Assembly (NCBI GenBank): GCA_003990765.1
Contig: RBNJ01000256.1
Location: forward strand, 1-35,251
Reading direction: 5' to 3'
DNA: 35,251 nucleotides
Source of the DNA: Jimgerdemannia flammicorona
Taxonomy: Eukaryota
Part shown: positions 1-10,684 of the stretch, one piece after another
Position numbering within the stretch: position 1 is the first letter of the stretch
How the letters are laid out: the number at the start of each line of letters is the position of its first letter
Made by a program: the position numbers and the translations under genes
The notes under the pieces: model-generated
Told to the model about the DNA's origin: nothing
The model's database searches: none
The model's input: the letters and a program-made list of their open reading frames with translations, nothing else

Positions 1-382
1 CCAATAATCCAGCCTCTTTCAATCGGCGAATCCAATCCACTCTCTCCCCTCTCTCAGCCGGGCAGTAGCAAGACCCAACCATCAGCGAGCCCCATCCAGG
101 CCTCTTCCATACTCCCCACACCACATGCAACCCCCAATGTCCAATGTCCCCAATGTCCCCCATCCCTTTCCAAACAAGAATACCCACTTTCCCCCTCCAA
201 ACTGCTGCACTCCCCCATTCCTTAGTCCAGTCCTGTAAATCCACATCTGCCTCATACCGAACATCCTGTAACAAGAAGAGGTCCGCATCCAGATCCTGAA
301 GCTAACCAAAAATGTACTTCCTCCTAGCTGCCCCCCATAGCCCATTAATGTTCAATGAGTATATCCTAGTTGTACTGTTCAT
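1..382 (-). pseudogene. LINE ORF2 N-terminus (APE-like endonuclease) with a premature stop
   Basis: Manual translation: MNSTTRIYSLNINGLWGAARRKYIFG*LQDLDADLFLLQDVRYE...GSCYCPAERGERVDW. This matches the L1 APE motifs (S/T)LNVNGL, DxxxLQE and VYAP...ER. The stop at 302-304 is TAG where the right-hand copy has TGG. Confidence 0.85.
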
Positions 383-417
383 ATTGAGTAGATACATATT
401 GTAGAAGAGACCCCAAC

Positions 418-2333
418 CTATATTTCCATGCTCATCTCATCCCTCACTAAGTCCAAGAGCTGCTCAGCTTCCAATTCACCCTCCGCAATATCCCAAGCAT
501 CCAGTGCCCCCAAGATTTCCTGACACTCCACCCTGTCCACCTCCTCCATATCTGCTCTGTAATCCAAGCAGACTGCGTGCCACTTCTCCAGTCCCTTCCT
601 TGAGTTCCACAAGACAAGTGCCCTATCGCTCGCAATCCTTCTAAGCTCCTCTTCATGCTGATCATCAATCTGATACTCAACAGACTCCAGGAGGACAGCC
701 AGGATCTCATTCCTCATCTTCCTCAGCACCTCTTCCCCACGTAGAATCTCTTCCCAATGTCTCTCCTCTATCACCCTGAAGTCCTCACCCCCCAGCTCCT
801 CAGCCGCTACTCCTTCCAGAGTCTTCCACATCCACTTCTCCTCATCTACCGCCTCTGCCGCCCCCTGAGCAATTTGTCCCCCATCTACCTCAGGGTCCAC
901 CAGCGCGCTCCTCCTCACTGACTCATCCCACTCTTCATCTGGCACATCCATCAGCTCCTCCTCACCTCCTGCCCCATTCAGAACACTATACTGAGGACGT
1001 CCACTTTCGCCCATTTCAGCATCCACCTCCAAGTTATCCTCCCTCCCCTCCCCGACTCCAATCTGAGCCCCGCCCTGGGCCATCTCACCCCCTTCAGCCC
1101 AGGCGCTCTCCTGCAACCCTGCAGCCCCCTCCCCAGAGCTTCCACCAGCCCTACCCCAACCCATCTTCGCCAACAACTCCTTCTGGATCCTCCTCCCCTG
1201 CATCTTCTCCCAGGCCCTCTTCTCCATCTGAACCCTCTTCCCATCCACCTCCCCCACCACTGTCCTGGCCTCAAACTCCTTCTAGGCTACTCTCCTCCTC
1301 GCAACTGCCCCTTCCAGGTCCTCCAGAGCCTCCAACAGATCCTCCTCCTCCTCCTGAGTCCCCTTCACCCTAGTGACCTTACACTCTACTGGTCCCCACC
1401 TCAGTGCTGCCGGCCAGTCCCTCGACTTCCCCATATTCTCCTTTCCAGCCAGTCTCACCCTGACATCAACGTCTCCAGTTCTAAGCTCTGTGCCCTCCCA
1501 GACCTTGAACCCAACGTCCACAATCTCACCATACTCCTTGATTGCCTCTACAACCAACTCCCTGGTCCTTTCCTTCGACACCGTGGGAAGGTCCAACACC
1601 GTCAACTGCACCACCCGGGGGTCCCAGCACATACACTGGGCCATAGGGACCACAACCCCACCAACCATCACCCCCTTCTCCATGGCTGCCAACAAGGCAT
1701 CTTCCTCCTCAAACCCCACCTCGACCCCTTCCTTTCCTCTCAAGAACTTCACCGATGCTGCTCCCTTAGCGTCCTGTGCCACCAGCTCCAAAATCATCCT
1801 CGCTGTCACTGCCAAGCCCCAGAAGCACATCATGACCACGAATTCGGACCTCGACTTCTTGAGTAATGGGGCCGACACCATGCCCATCACCCCATCCACC
1901 AGGTCCCCGGGCCTCGTGCCCCCTCCAAGTCCTGAATTGCCAACCGCCGTCACATCTGAATTTTTTGCCAGATCCCCAGTCACAGCCCCATCAACAGTCA
2001 CATCTCCAGCCCCTACTCCGGCCCCTTCCCTACCACCAGAAGTACCCTGGGGTGCACCTCCCTGACCCCCAGTAGTAGCCATCGATGCCTTCCCCAGGTC
2101 CAGCCAACTATCCAGCCCAGAAGCCATCTTCCCCATTCTGACCTTGTCAGCAAAGGTCGTCCTCTCCCCTCCTCTCTGCCGCAGACCTCCCCTTCCTCTG
2201 CCACTGGGGCCACGGCCAGCCACCGAGGCCCCTGGCATCCCCAAACCATCTCTCCTCCTCCCCACCTACTGCCAGCCAAAGGCGCCATCACCCCCTGGCC
2301 AGTATACTCACCAGATCGATCATTGCCATCCAT
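418..2333 (-). pseudogene. LINE ORF1 (gag-like, RRM-like core), disrupted
   Basis: ORFs 2013-2345, 1282-2265 and 418-1260 join into one protein collinear with 33167-35086. Lesions: 1-nt deletion near 2292, CAG>TAG at 2266-2268, TGG>TAG at 1282-1284. Confidence 0.88.
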
Positions 2334-2347
2334 GTTGTTAGTCATTG

Positions 2348-2520
2348 GACACCAAAAACATTGTAAAAAGTGTTGTCTGAGTCTTGTGTTACCCGAATGT
2401 TACTGGTGAAAGGTTTTTTGACCATTGTTGCCATCTATATTGATAGTCTCTTGACACCGAAAATATAGTAAAAAGTGTTGCCTGAGTCTTGTGTCACCCA
2501 AATGTTACTGGTGAAAGATG
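2348..2520. repeat. Tandem duplication (period ~105 bp) in the LINE 5'UTR
   Basis: gacaccaaaaacattgtaaaaagtgttgtctgagtcttgtgttacccgaatgttactggtgaaag (2348) recurs as gacaccgaaaatatagtaaaaagtgttgcctgagtcttgtgtcacccaaatgttactggtgaaag (2453). The right-hand LINE has only one unit. Confidence 0.85.
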
Positions 2521-2599
2521 CCTGTTCAGTTAGATTTCTCTATATAAGTGAAATCTAATAAGCAAAGATTGTTAAATTTGGATATATTTTTATCAACTT

Positions 2600-2712
2600 A
2601 TTATATTTTGAAATATAGAGTTCAAATTGGACTCTCAATTTGATTTGAATTTGATTTGAATGACTCTCAATTTAATTTAATTTGAATTGATTTAATTTAT
2701 TTGAGATCACTT
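2600..2712. repeat. Decayed pentamer array (TTTGA/TTTAA, probably ancestral TTCGA), possibly the end of a non-autonomous DNA transposon
   Basis: ttgatttgaatttgatttgaatgactctcaatttaatttaatttgaattgatttaatttatttgagatcact, with 'gactctcaattt' twice. It abuts the Copia relic exactly at 2712. Confidence 0.4.
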
Positions 2713-3440
2713 GTTAGATATTATTATTATCAGCTATATTAGTATATTTAGTAGATATATAGCTAGATATACTACTCATACTACTGGTGATATTAATATT
2801 ACTACTTTTTATCAGTCTAAAAGTATTTTGCTAATTAATTATATATAGATAATAGATTGCTAATAGTAGATTTACTCATAAATTTTATATTAGCAGAACT
2901 GATATTAATAGATTTAGTAGTAAATATATTCTCTAGGTCTTCTTCATATATTGCTTATATAAAGAACATACTACTATTATTATTGTTTTAGTTGTATTTA
3001 TATTATTTTACTTCTCTTTATCTTGATAGTTCTTTCTACGATCTCTATATTACTAATACTGATATCTCTATGACTTATTTTCACTACTCTTCTTATTATT
3101 TTTTCAATGATAACAATGGTACTTTTTATATTTATACTTACTATAGTATTTATAGTAACCATATTACTTAGTTGATTGACTACTATATATTATATATAAT
3201 AATTTTGAATTTGGTTTTAATAGTCTTACTGTCTATACTTTTGAACTTATCTCTACTGGCTTTGATCTTATTTACTACTGTTTCCTTATCATATTTCTCA
3301 TTTATGAGACTTAGTATTATATTGACATAGTCTGTAAGCTTACTGTTTTCATATATATCTACTACTATTATATTATATATCAACATTTTGCCATAATGAC
3401 AATCTCGACTATAGAGGCATAATAATAGCTATACTATATT
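2712..3440 (-). mobile_element. Heavily decayed Ty1/Copia gag relic
   Basis: The reverse complement aligns with 15330-16065 (e.g. aatcaactaagtaatatggttactataaatactatagtaagtata vs aatcaactaagtatcatgagtactgtaaatactgcagtaagtata). It ends just before the protease W-x-x-D-S-G-A motif. Confidence 0.7.
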
Positions 3441-3899
3441 TGTATAATATCAACTATACTATACTCATGTAATATCAAGCTGTGTGACAAGAAAAAGATA
3501 TATCAATAACCTTATTGCCAACCTCTAAATGACCATATAACAAGTCTGAAACACAAGAAATGTCAAATGAATGATCATTGTTTTGTATTTAGGTGAAGCA
3601 CATAGTATAAAAAGAAAATCCAGCCTAAATGATAAGTGTAGTAATGTGCAGAATAATGATGCATAACAGTAAGATGGTTGGCAGAGCAATGAATCTTTGC
3701 CCAAATGAGGTAAAGAGGGTTATGGGTGTGTAATATGAGCAGAGTAAGAGGTGAGAGGTACTAATGGCTGAATAAAATAAGCTACACCTAAAGTCAGAAT
3801 ATGGTCAGTATTGTGGGCTACATGGTTAGGACCAAAGGTAAGTATTGCAAGCTGTGCAAAAGCCCAAGACAGCTAGCATGGCAAGCCAAGTAGTGAAGG

Positions 3900-4165
3900 A
3901 AAGAACTAGTATCATAAGTTGCATAGAATATGAGTAGGCTGGTATTGTGAGCCACATAATAGCAAAAAAGAGGCTGGTGTTGCAAGCTATACAGTGATAG
4001 AAAGGAGGCTGGTGTCATGAGCTACATGATGGCAAAAAGACTGATATAGATGAATGAAGGGTTGGTGTCATGAACTATGTGATGATGTAAGACTGATGAG
4101 GAGAAGTAAGGCTAGTATTATGCACTATATAGGACCTAGAGTAAGCTAGTGTCACGAGCTACATA
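3900..4165. repeat. About 7 copies of a ~20-nt motif (ggctggtgtcatgagctaca-like) downstream of the YR ORF
   Basis: Copies near 3904, 3937, 3972, 4007, 4060, 4111 and 4144, with periods of 33-35 or 51-53 nt. Confidence 0.75.
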
Positions 4166-4191
4166 GGAGAAGAGGAGGGGGGGGAATGATG

Positions 4192-5200
4192 TTAAACACT
4201 AGTAATATAAGTAGCCAGATAAACATTATGAGTTAACAAAGCCCAGAGGTGCAAAATGTGAGAGATGGGTATATGAATATAGCCTTTAAATACTATGCTA
4301 TCCTATCAACCCAACACCTGAATCTCATAATTGGATAAACTAGCTGCAGCAGCATTGGATGTTGCACTAATCCAAAAGCTATATCCAGCATAAAGGTGTG
4401 GATTCAAACTAATCTGTAAAAGCAATGCATGAAGATGACTAATGAGATAGACTTGAGAGAATGATCAATTTGCAGAACACTGGAACAGAGGCATGTCAGG
4501 TGGGGCTGAGTATGCCAGGTAGAGAAGACAGAGTAAAGATATGATACATAGTATAGCAGAGTCTGTTTTTGTGATAATGAACAATGTGCTCTGGCAAAAT
4601 GGATCTGTTTTAGAGGCCGGCAGAGTGAGTATAATATGGGTGGGGTCTGCAATATTAGGTTGAAAAACCATATTACTACAGGACAACTGAGAGACAAGAT
4701 TTCTATATGAATTTACTGGACCAAAGAAATCTGACATATGCAAGTGATATTGCAGTCATGAGATACAGATCATTATGATCAGATAACTGAAGTAAACTGA
4801 TAAGACAATGAAGAATACCAAGCATGATAGGAAGCCAAGGTTGAGCTCGGCAGATACCTAGCTATTGCTTCACACCTTGCATCACTTGAGGAATTTGATA
4901 AAGACCAATAAACAGATCAGTAAAGTCAGAGTTAATATGAAGAGACTGAACAGCTGAGAGGTAACATTTGATTGTGGTCAGTTGAAGCCATCACAATGCC
5001 AAGTTATAGTCCCACTACATTAGCACTAGTTTGAATATAGGCAGGGGGCCACAAGAGGCATGATTACTATCATGGAGGGTGCAGAATTGATTTTCCTGAA
5101 GAATATAAGTGGCACATTGTTTTTGCTAGTCCAAACTACAAAAAGAAGACAATGACAGGTGGAAATGTGGAATACAAATGATATTAATTGTACTCAGGTG
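4192..5200 (-). pseudogene. Tyrosine recombinase of the Ngaro/DIRS element
   Basis: LPASKTDPFCQ (typical LPxSKTDPFRxG) and YAGYSFWISATSNAAAASLSNYEIQVLG**DSIVFKGYI (typical HSFRIGAA...LGRWxSxxFxxYI). Confidence 0.88.
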
Positions 5201-6760
5201 TATCTAAGAATAGGGGGCAAGACAATGAAAACTAGAAAGATCAGCATTGGATAAAGTATCAGTAATGCCATTATCAGACATTGAGATAAATATGATATGA
5301 AGTTCAAAAGCATTGTGTACCATCAGAAAATATAGCTGGCAGAGGAGTTCCAGCAGAAGAGGGTTGCATGAAGAGTCTGAGTTAATAATGATAATGACTA
5401 CCTAGTTATCAGCATGAAGTAATATATAGTAAAAATGCCCTTGAATACCCCAGGTAGTAGTAGTGGCAATCAGGGCATAGAGTTCCTTGAACTGAATGTC
5501 GCATAAGGCCATATCAGGAGGCCAAGGAGCAGAAAACCATTTATAATTAAAATATACACCAAAGTCTTTGGCACCACTGGTATCTGTTCACACATATTGG
5601 GTTTATAGCACCATACAATCAGATGTATGATAGAAATATAATTTCAGTGGGGTAAGAATTCAAGCCACTATCAAATATCCACATAGAACTCCTCATTCAG
5701 TAGGATGTAGAATGAGGCATTGCTAGAAAGGAGGTTAATAAACTGCCAGAAGAATGGGCAGCCTGGCAGAATAATTTTACAAGTAAATACCAAAGAGCTA
5801 TTAAGAGATTGCAATTGAGGGTGGGTGCATAGTGTGTGCAATAACCATTGCTGAAGAATGGCAAGCAGTATGTCAAGCTTGCCAGGAGGAAGATGGGCTT
5901 CTATAGCCATTATATTCAGTTTGATACCCAAGAAAATGAGTAAGGTTGTCAGGCCCTCCACCTTATGCTCTTGAATCAACCAACCAAGATGGCAACAGAT
6001 AGCAAGGAGCAAATAGGTCAGTAAGGGCAGATGAATGAGATGGTGGTAAGATAAGAAGAAAGTCATCAATATAGTGAATGAGCATACCAATGTCATGATG
6101 ATGGGTAATCCATACAAGAAGTTTCATAAAAAGGTTAAAAAGGAATTGGAATGAAGATGTGCCAAAAGATACAAATCAATTGAAGTAAAACTGACTGGAC
6201 TATTTAAAGTCCAGTAACTTTCAATCCATAGGATAGATAAGAATATGATGATATTTATTGGTGAGATTGATCTTCAATAAAAGACAGCTCTGACCAAAGT
6301 AGCAAACTAAGTCCAAAGTCTTGTCAAACTTAATATAAGAAAGCTGAAAGGCATTGGTATCAATACTGGCATTAATGGAATCACTGTGATGAGACCAAGA
6401 GAGGTTGTGAATATGATAACATGTACTACTTCAATTCTTCTTTACATAATGCCAAGAGGAGATGAGTAGAAGCACTCAAATAGAGGTGATAAAAACAGGC
6501 CACAAATCCTGCTGGTAGCTACTTTCCACTTGATTTTGGGTGAGATTGCTTCTGGATGTTCAAAAGTAGAGTGATGATTGTAGGACAGTAAGTACCAATA
6601 AGGTCCATTAAAGCCAAGAAGAGCACCTTAAGTAATGGCAGCAATAGTGGCCTGAGTTACCAATGAATCAGGATACAACTGGAGCTCCTATATCCACATG
6701 AGAGGGCGAAGAGAAGAAGAGGAGAGAGGAAAATGATATAGAATATCTTGAGTGGTGTTA
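5200..6760 (-). pseudogene. Reverse transcriptase and RNase H of the Ngaro/DIRS element
   Basis: YPDSLV...GALLGFNGP; NLSWSHHSDSINASID; LIHYIDDFLL (~6055-6085); FLGIKLN; RNase H remnants QFKELYA, LHADN and DNGITDTLS (typical NxIADALSR). Many stops and frameshifts. Confidence 0.88.
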
Positions 6761-6859
6761 TTAAGAGGAGTGGTAAATTAGTGATGAAGTAGAGTATTTG
6801 TAGTGGCTGGGGATATATATATAGAATAAGTGGGAGTAAGTTCCTAGAGACAAGGTGAT

Positions 6860-8437
6860 GGGTTGTGGGAGCATCCATATTACATATGATTACCACTGCA
6901 ATGGAAGCAGATATGTACATAAGAGAAACCTTTTCTATTGTACTCAGGATCCTTCATGGGTGATCCATCAAACAGAATACCATTATATACCTGACAAGTA
7001 GACCATTGAGAGGCATTATTAGCTTTTGGAGCTGAAACGCCATTAGTAAGACATAGCCACCATTGTGTATTATGAGACTTAGAGGACTTAGGCAGATGAG
7101 ATGAAGAGGTCAGAGTTTGCTCATAAAGAGGTTGGGGTCACACCAGGCCCAATACTTGCATTATGCCAAAGAAATACCATTATTCATGATCTCTACTAGT
7201 CATTTTGTATGAAAGGAAACATGATAGTTGAGAAGTTCAGATCAATACGATGATATTGAGAGTAAGATAAAATCCATAGTGTACATATATAAAGAATGGA
7301 GTAGGATCAGTGATGCCCAGGTATGTGTCATAAAGAATGCTGAATTATGTGAGCAAGGTGGTGAGAAAAGCAGGAATATCCAGAAGGTCTTTGATAAGAG
7401 ATAGCAGCTTGTAAAGAATTATCTGAGTGTCTGACTTGTCAAACATTTCAATGAATTGAGCTTGAGAAAAACCACTGATAGAGATGATATTCTGCTCTGG
7501 AAAATGGCCAAGTGATATAGCAGTGAATGAATTGTCAACAACTATGGCCAACAGCCATTGATTGACATAAGTATATTTTAGAGAGAGGTTGATGCTCTGA
7601 ACAATGGTATGAGCAGTGATGACAGAAGAAGATAAAGAGATAGACTCACCATGGGGATTACTGGTGGGGCCATAAATACCAGTGGGACAAACTGTAGTGA
7701 TAGTCAGTAGGGGTTGGAATGTAGATGCAATAGCCACTGAAAGAGAGACAGTAGCATGATTGATAAAAACTTGATCAATAATGAGAGATATGGTCTGAAC
7801 AGAGGCAATGGGAATTTCAGTAGCTAGTGCCAGTACTAATAAAGATACAGTATCCAGGTGAGAGCATAGAAGCTAAAAAGGTTCATTGAACCAACAATCT
7901 TATGCAATTCTGGCTTTGATAGAAATATCAGTGTCCAGTATACTCAAAAAAACTGATCTGGTCACCATAACACTGATCTGATTCAAACCCTAATTTTCAA
8001 AATGCAATAACTCAGCATAAACTCATCAAAATCTAACATTCTTTAGCTTGTTAGAATCACATTAATACAGTGAATCTAACAAACTAAAATATGTTAAATT
8101 TAGATGAGTTTTCGTCGAGTTATTATATTTTGAAAATTAAGGTTTGAATCAAACTACTTGCAAGAGCCTTGGATGTAGCATGCACCAATAAACATATGGT
8201 TTGGTAAGGTGCATGAGTAGAATTATCAGAGAGATTGATGAGATAATCAGCAAGAATATCAAAGTCAGAGTTCTTGCTATCAGACTCTAGGTCATCCTGT
8301 AGGAAGCAGAGTACCCACTCAATGAAAATAACATAAGAGTAGAAAGAACAGGTGGTGGAGCCCAGATCATGTTGGCTCTTCAATATATGAGATGGGTCAT
8401 ATTGATACAAGAGACAGGAATTTGCAAAGAGGACCAT
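6860..8437 (-). pseudogene. ORF1/gag of the Ngaro/DIRS element, interrupted by a foldback element
   Basis: C-terminal Cys/His motif TCQVYN...SYVHICFHCSGNH..GC (~6870-7000), typical of DIRS/Ngaro gag. Strand composition is the same on both sides of the 7979-8151 hairpin. The 5' end is uncertain. Confidence 0.6.
7979..8151. mobile_element. ~173-bp foldback/MITE-like palindrome
   Basis: Arms 7979-8060 and 8070-8151 are near-perfect reverse complements (tgattcaaaccctaattttcaaaatgcaataactc... vs ...gagttattatattttgaaaattaaggtttgaatca), with a 9-nt loop. Confidence 0.8.
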
Positions 8438-9601
8438 GGGGTAATAAAAATTGAGTATATCCAGAAGTATAGAATATAAGTATACTATACATACAAATGT
8501 ACAGAAGTATAAAACATGAGTATAAAGTACATATGATATGTAAAGTACATATGAAGTATTGGGTGAAAATGAATGATGGATTACATGTAGAATTAATATG
8601 CACACTGTGCTAATACTATAAAAGAAAACCTATGCCCTATTTACATATACCTTAAATAAAAACATCAGTATTAAAACATTTCTAGATATTAGATACCTAA
8701 GACATTCCTGCATTTATTAATCTGTAGTCTTGAATGAGCCCACTCATTATATCTCAGAGAGACCTTTTGAGAATACTAGAACATTATCCTTAATGATAAT
8801 ATAATCTATAAATACTTTCTTTAGATTTTATATATAGATTGAATAACTGAGATTTTACATAGAAATTATCAGTATAGAAGTCTATACATAATGATTCCAT
8901 AATACTTTTCATATTTTATAGACTGTTATAGTATATATTATGCTTTATTTATAATATTGTAATTTTGAAATTATATCTATAACTTTATATACTCTTCTAA
9001 GCTATATTTGTTGAGGAGATTCTATATATAGAATATCTAAATTGTATAACTTTTCTATTGAAAATCAGGATAAATCTCTTAACTGTATAATTGAGACTGC
9101 ATTTTTTATAACAGTAATCAGAACACTTGTAATTAATATATCTATATTACTAAAGTTGCTAGGCTGATCATAACCTTCATTATAAAAGAGATTAATTTTA
9201 TTGAAGTTGCATAGATTATATATTTTACATATTACAGATGAATAATGTAAAACTAATAAGATAGTATAAGTCATATACTGATATTTCAAGTTGCAATTCC
9301 AACAATTCTATTTCATTTTTCTCTATTATTTATATTTGAATAATTCTATTTTTTTGTATGTAGGTATATATATATCATAAGAATAACAAAGTGTTTTGAA
9401 AGGATAAGAATTGCAGTCATTTTGCAGATATTTATTATTATATATATTACTTTACAAAATTTTATTTCAGAGAGAAAAATATATATATAGATCACACAAG
9501 TGTATGTCCATTTACAGTGCTTGCTGTCGAATTGCATAATAAAAGAACTTAATAAAGATGTAATGCAAAAAGTTGCTATAGATAGCGAAACGAGACATGA
9601 G

Positions 9602-10551
9602 CTTAATGTAACAACTCCTCAAAAGATTACATTTAATATACAGTTTAAGACACTATTATGAATAATTACCTAATAAAAAATTATCTGGCATAACTGGCCC
9701 TCCCTCACTCCATTGCTCCTAAGATGTCAATGATGTTCCTAAACAGTCAATTCTGGTATACAAACTACAGCTAGTTATCATTTCGACGACATGCAAAAAA
9801 GGTATCTTGATATGAACCTTCCCTCCATCGACCTCTTTCCGTATTCCTTAACGGTAAACGGTAATACGGGAGCAGTCAATACTGGTACGTTACATCTGGC
9901 CTGCCCCTGTTAGGATGGTCTGAGGAGATAATTATCTGGTCAAACCACAGCAAATCCGCTCTCTCTCGCTCTCTCATTCCCTTGCCGCCATCGCCGTTCC
10001 CTTAAGATGAATGAGAATATGCGAACAGTCAATTAGGGTACCCCAACTATAACTTTTCCCATCACGATGGCCTGAGAAAATAATTACCTTGTATTGGCGC
10101 AATCACACTATCCATCTCTCCCTCGATCCCTCGCTGCCAACAACATTCCTTAAGATGAATGGGAATATGCAAACAATCAAATCGGGTACGCCAACTCTAA
10201 CACGATTCCATTGTGATGGCCTAAAAAAATATATACCTGAAAAAAAGCACTCTCAAACCCACTCTCCCTCGACCCCTTTCCGCCGCCGAAACAGCTCTTT
10301 AACGATGAATGCGTAAATGCGAACAGTCAATCCTGGTATGCTAACTCCGACTCTCTTTCATTATGATTGCCTGAGAGAATTACCTGGACAAAAAGTAAGT
10401 CTCACATAACCCCTCTTCCCTCCCCACCCCTCTCTCTCGCTCCCTTCCCGTCCACACCGTTCCATAAAGGTAATTGAGAATAGGTAAAAAATCAATCCTG
10501 GTACGTCGGCTCTGGCTCACTATTATTGCTATGGTATAAGAAAAGAATTAC
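9602..10551 (-). repeat. Array of 6-7 homologous 83-89-nt intron-like units separated by 34-79-nt purine-rich spacers
   Basis: Units at 10463-10551, 10297-10383, 10149-10236, 10001-10087, 9847-9935, 9719-9805 and a degenerate one at 9602-9684. Minus-strand consensus: CAG|GTAATT...TACCAGGATTGACTG...CATTCATCTTAAG|G. Confidence 0.85.
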
Positions 10552-10684
10552 GTGATCAACATTCACCCTCCCTCAACCCCTCCAACAACACCTTGTACAC
10601 ACTCGCCGCTGACACTGTTGGCCACACCCCTCTTCGAAGACCAACATGTTGTGCACACTCGCCGCGTCCTATCCCTAATGTTGA

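Larger units (their letters stand above)
1..2535 (-). mobile_element. L1/Tx1-like non-LTR retrotransposon, 5' half (5'UTR, ORF1, start of ORF2); runs off the left window edge
   Basis: ORF1 is followed about 35 nt later by an APE-endonuclease-like ORF2 start. The element is homologous along its length to the copy at 33070-35251 in opposite orientation. The 5' boundary is approximate. Confidence 0.9.
3490..8600 (-). mobile_element. Ngaro/DIRS-type tyrosine-recombinase retrotransposon, degenerate
   Basis: Gag(Zn)-RT-RNaseH-YR order on the minus strand (see sub-features). Ends are approximate and terminal repeats were not resolved. Confidence 0.85.

Noticed and set aside
8600..9540. AT-rich stretch with short minus-strand ORFs
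   Set aside because: It looks like heavily mutated coding DNA, but no motif could be recognised.
9602..10551. CRISPR array or C/D snoRNA cluster interpretation of the array
   Set aside because: The repeats are too long and divergent for CRISPR, there are no cas genes, and the context is eukaryotic. Plus-strand ATGAATGA...CTGA boxes appear in only some units, while the minus-strand splice signals fit better.
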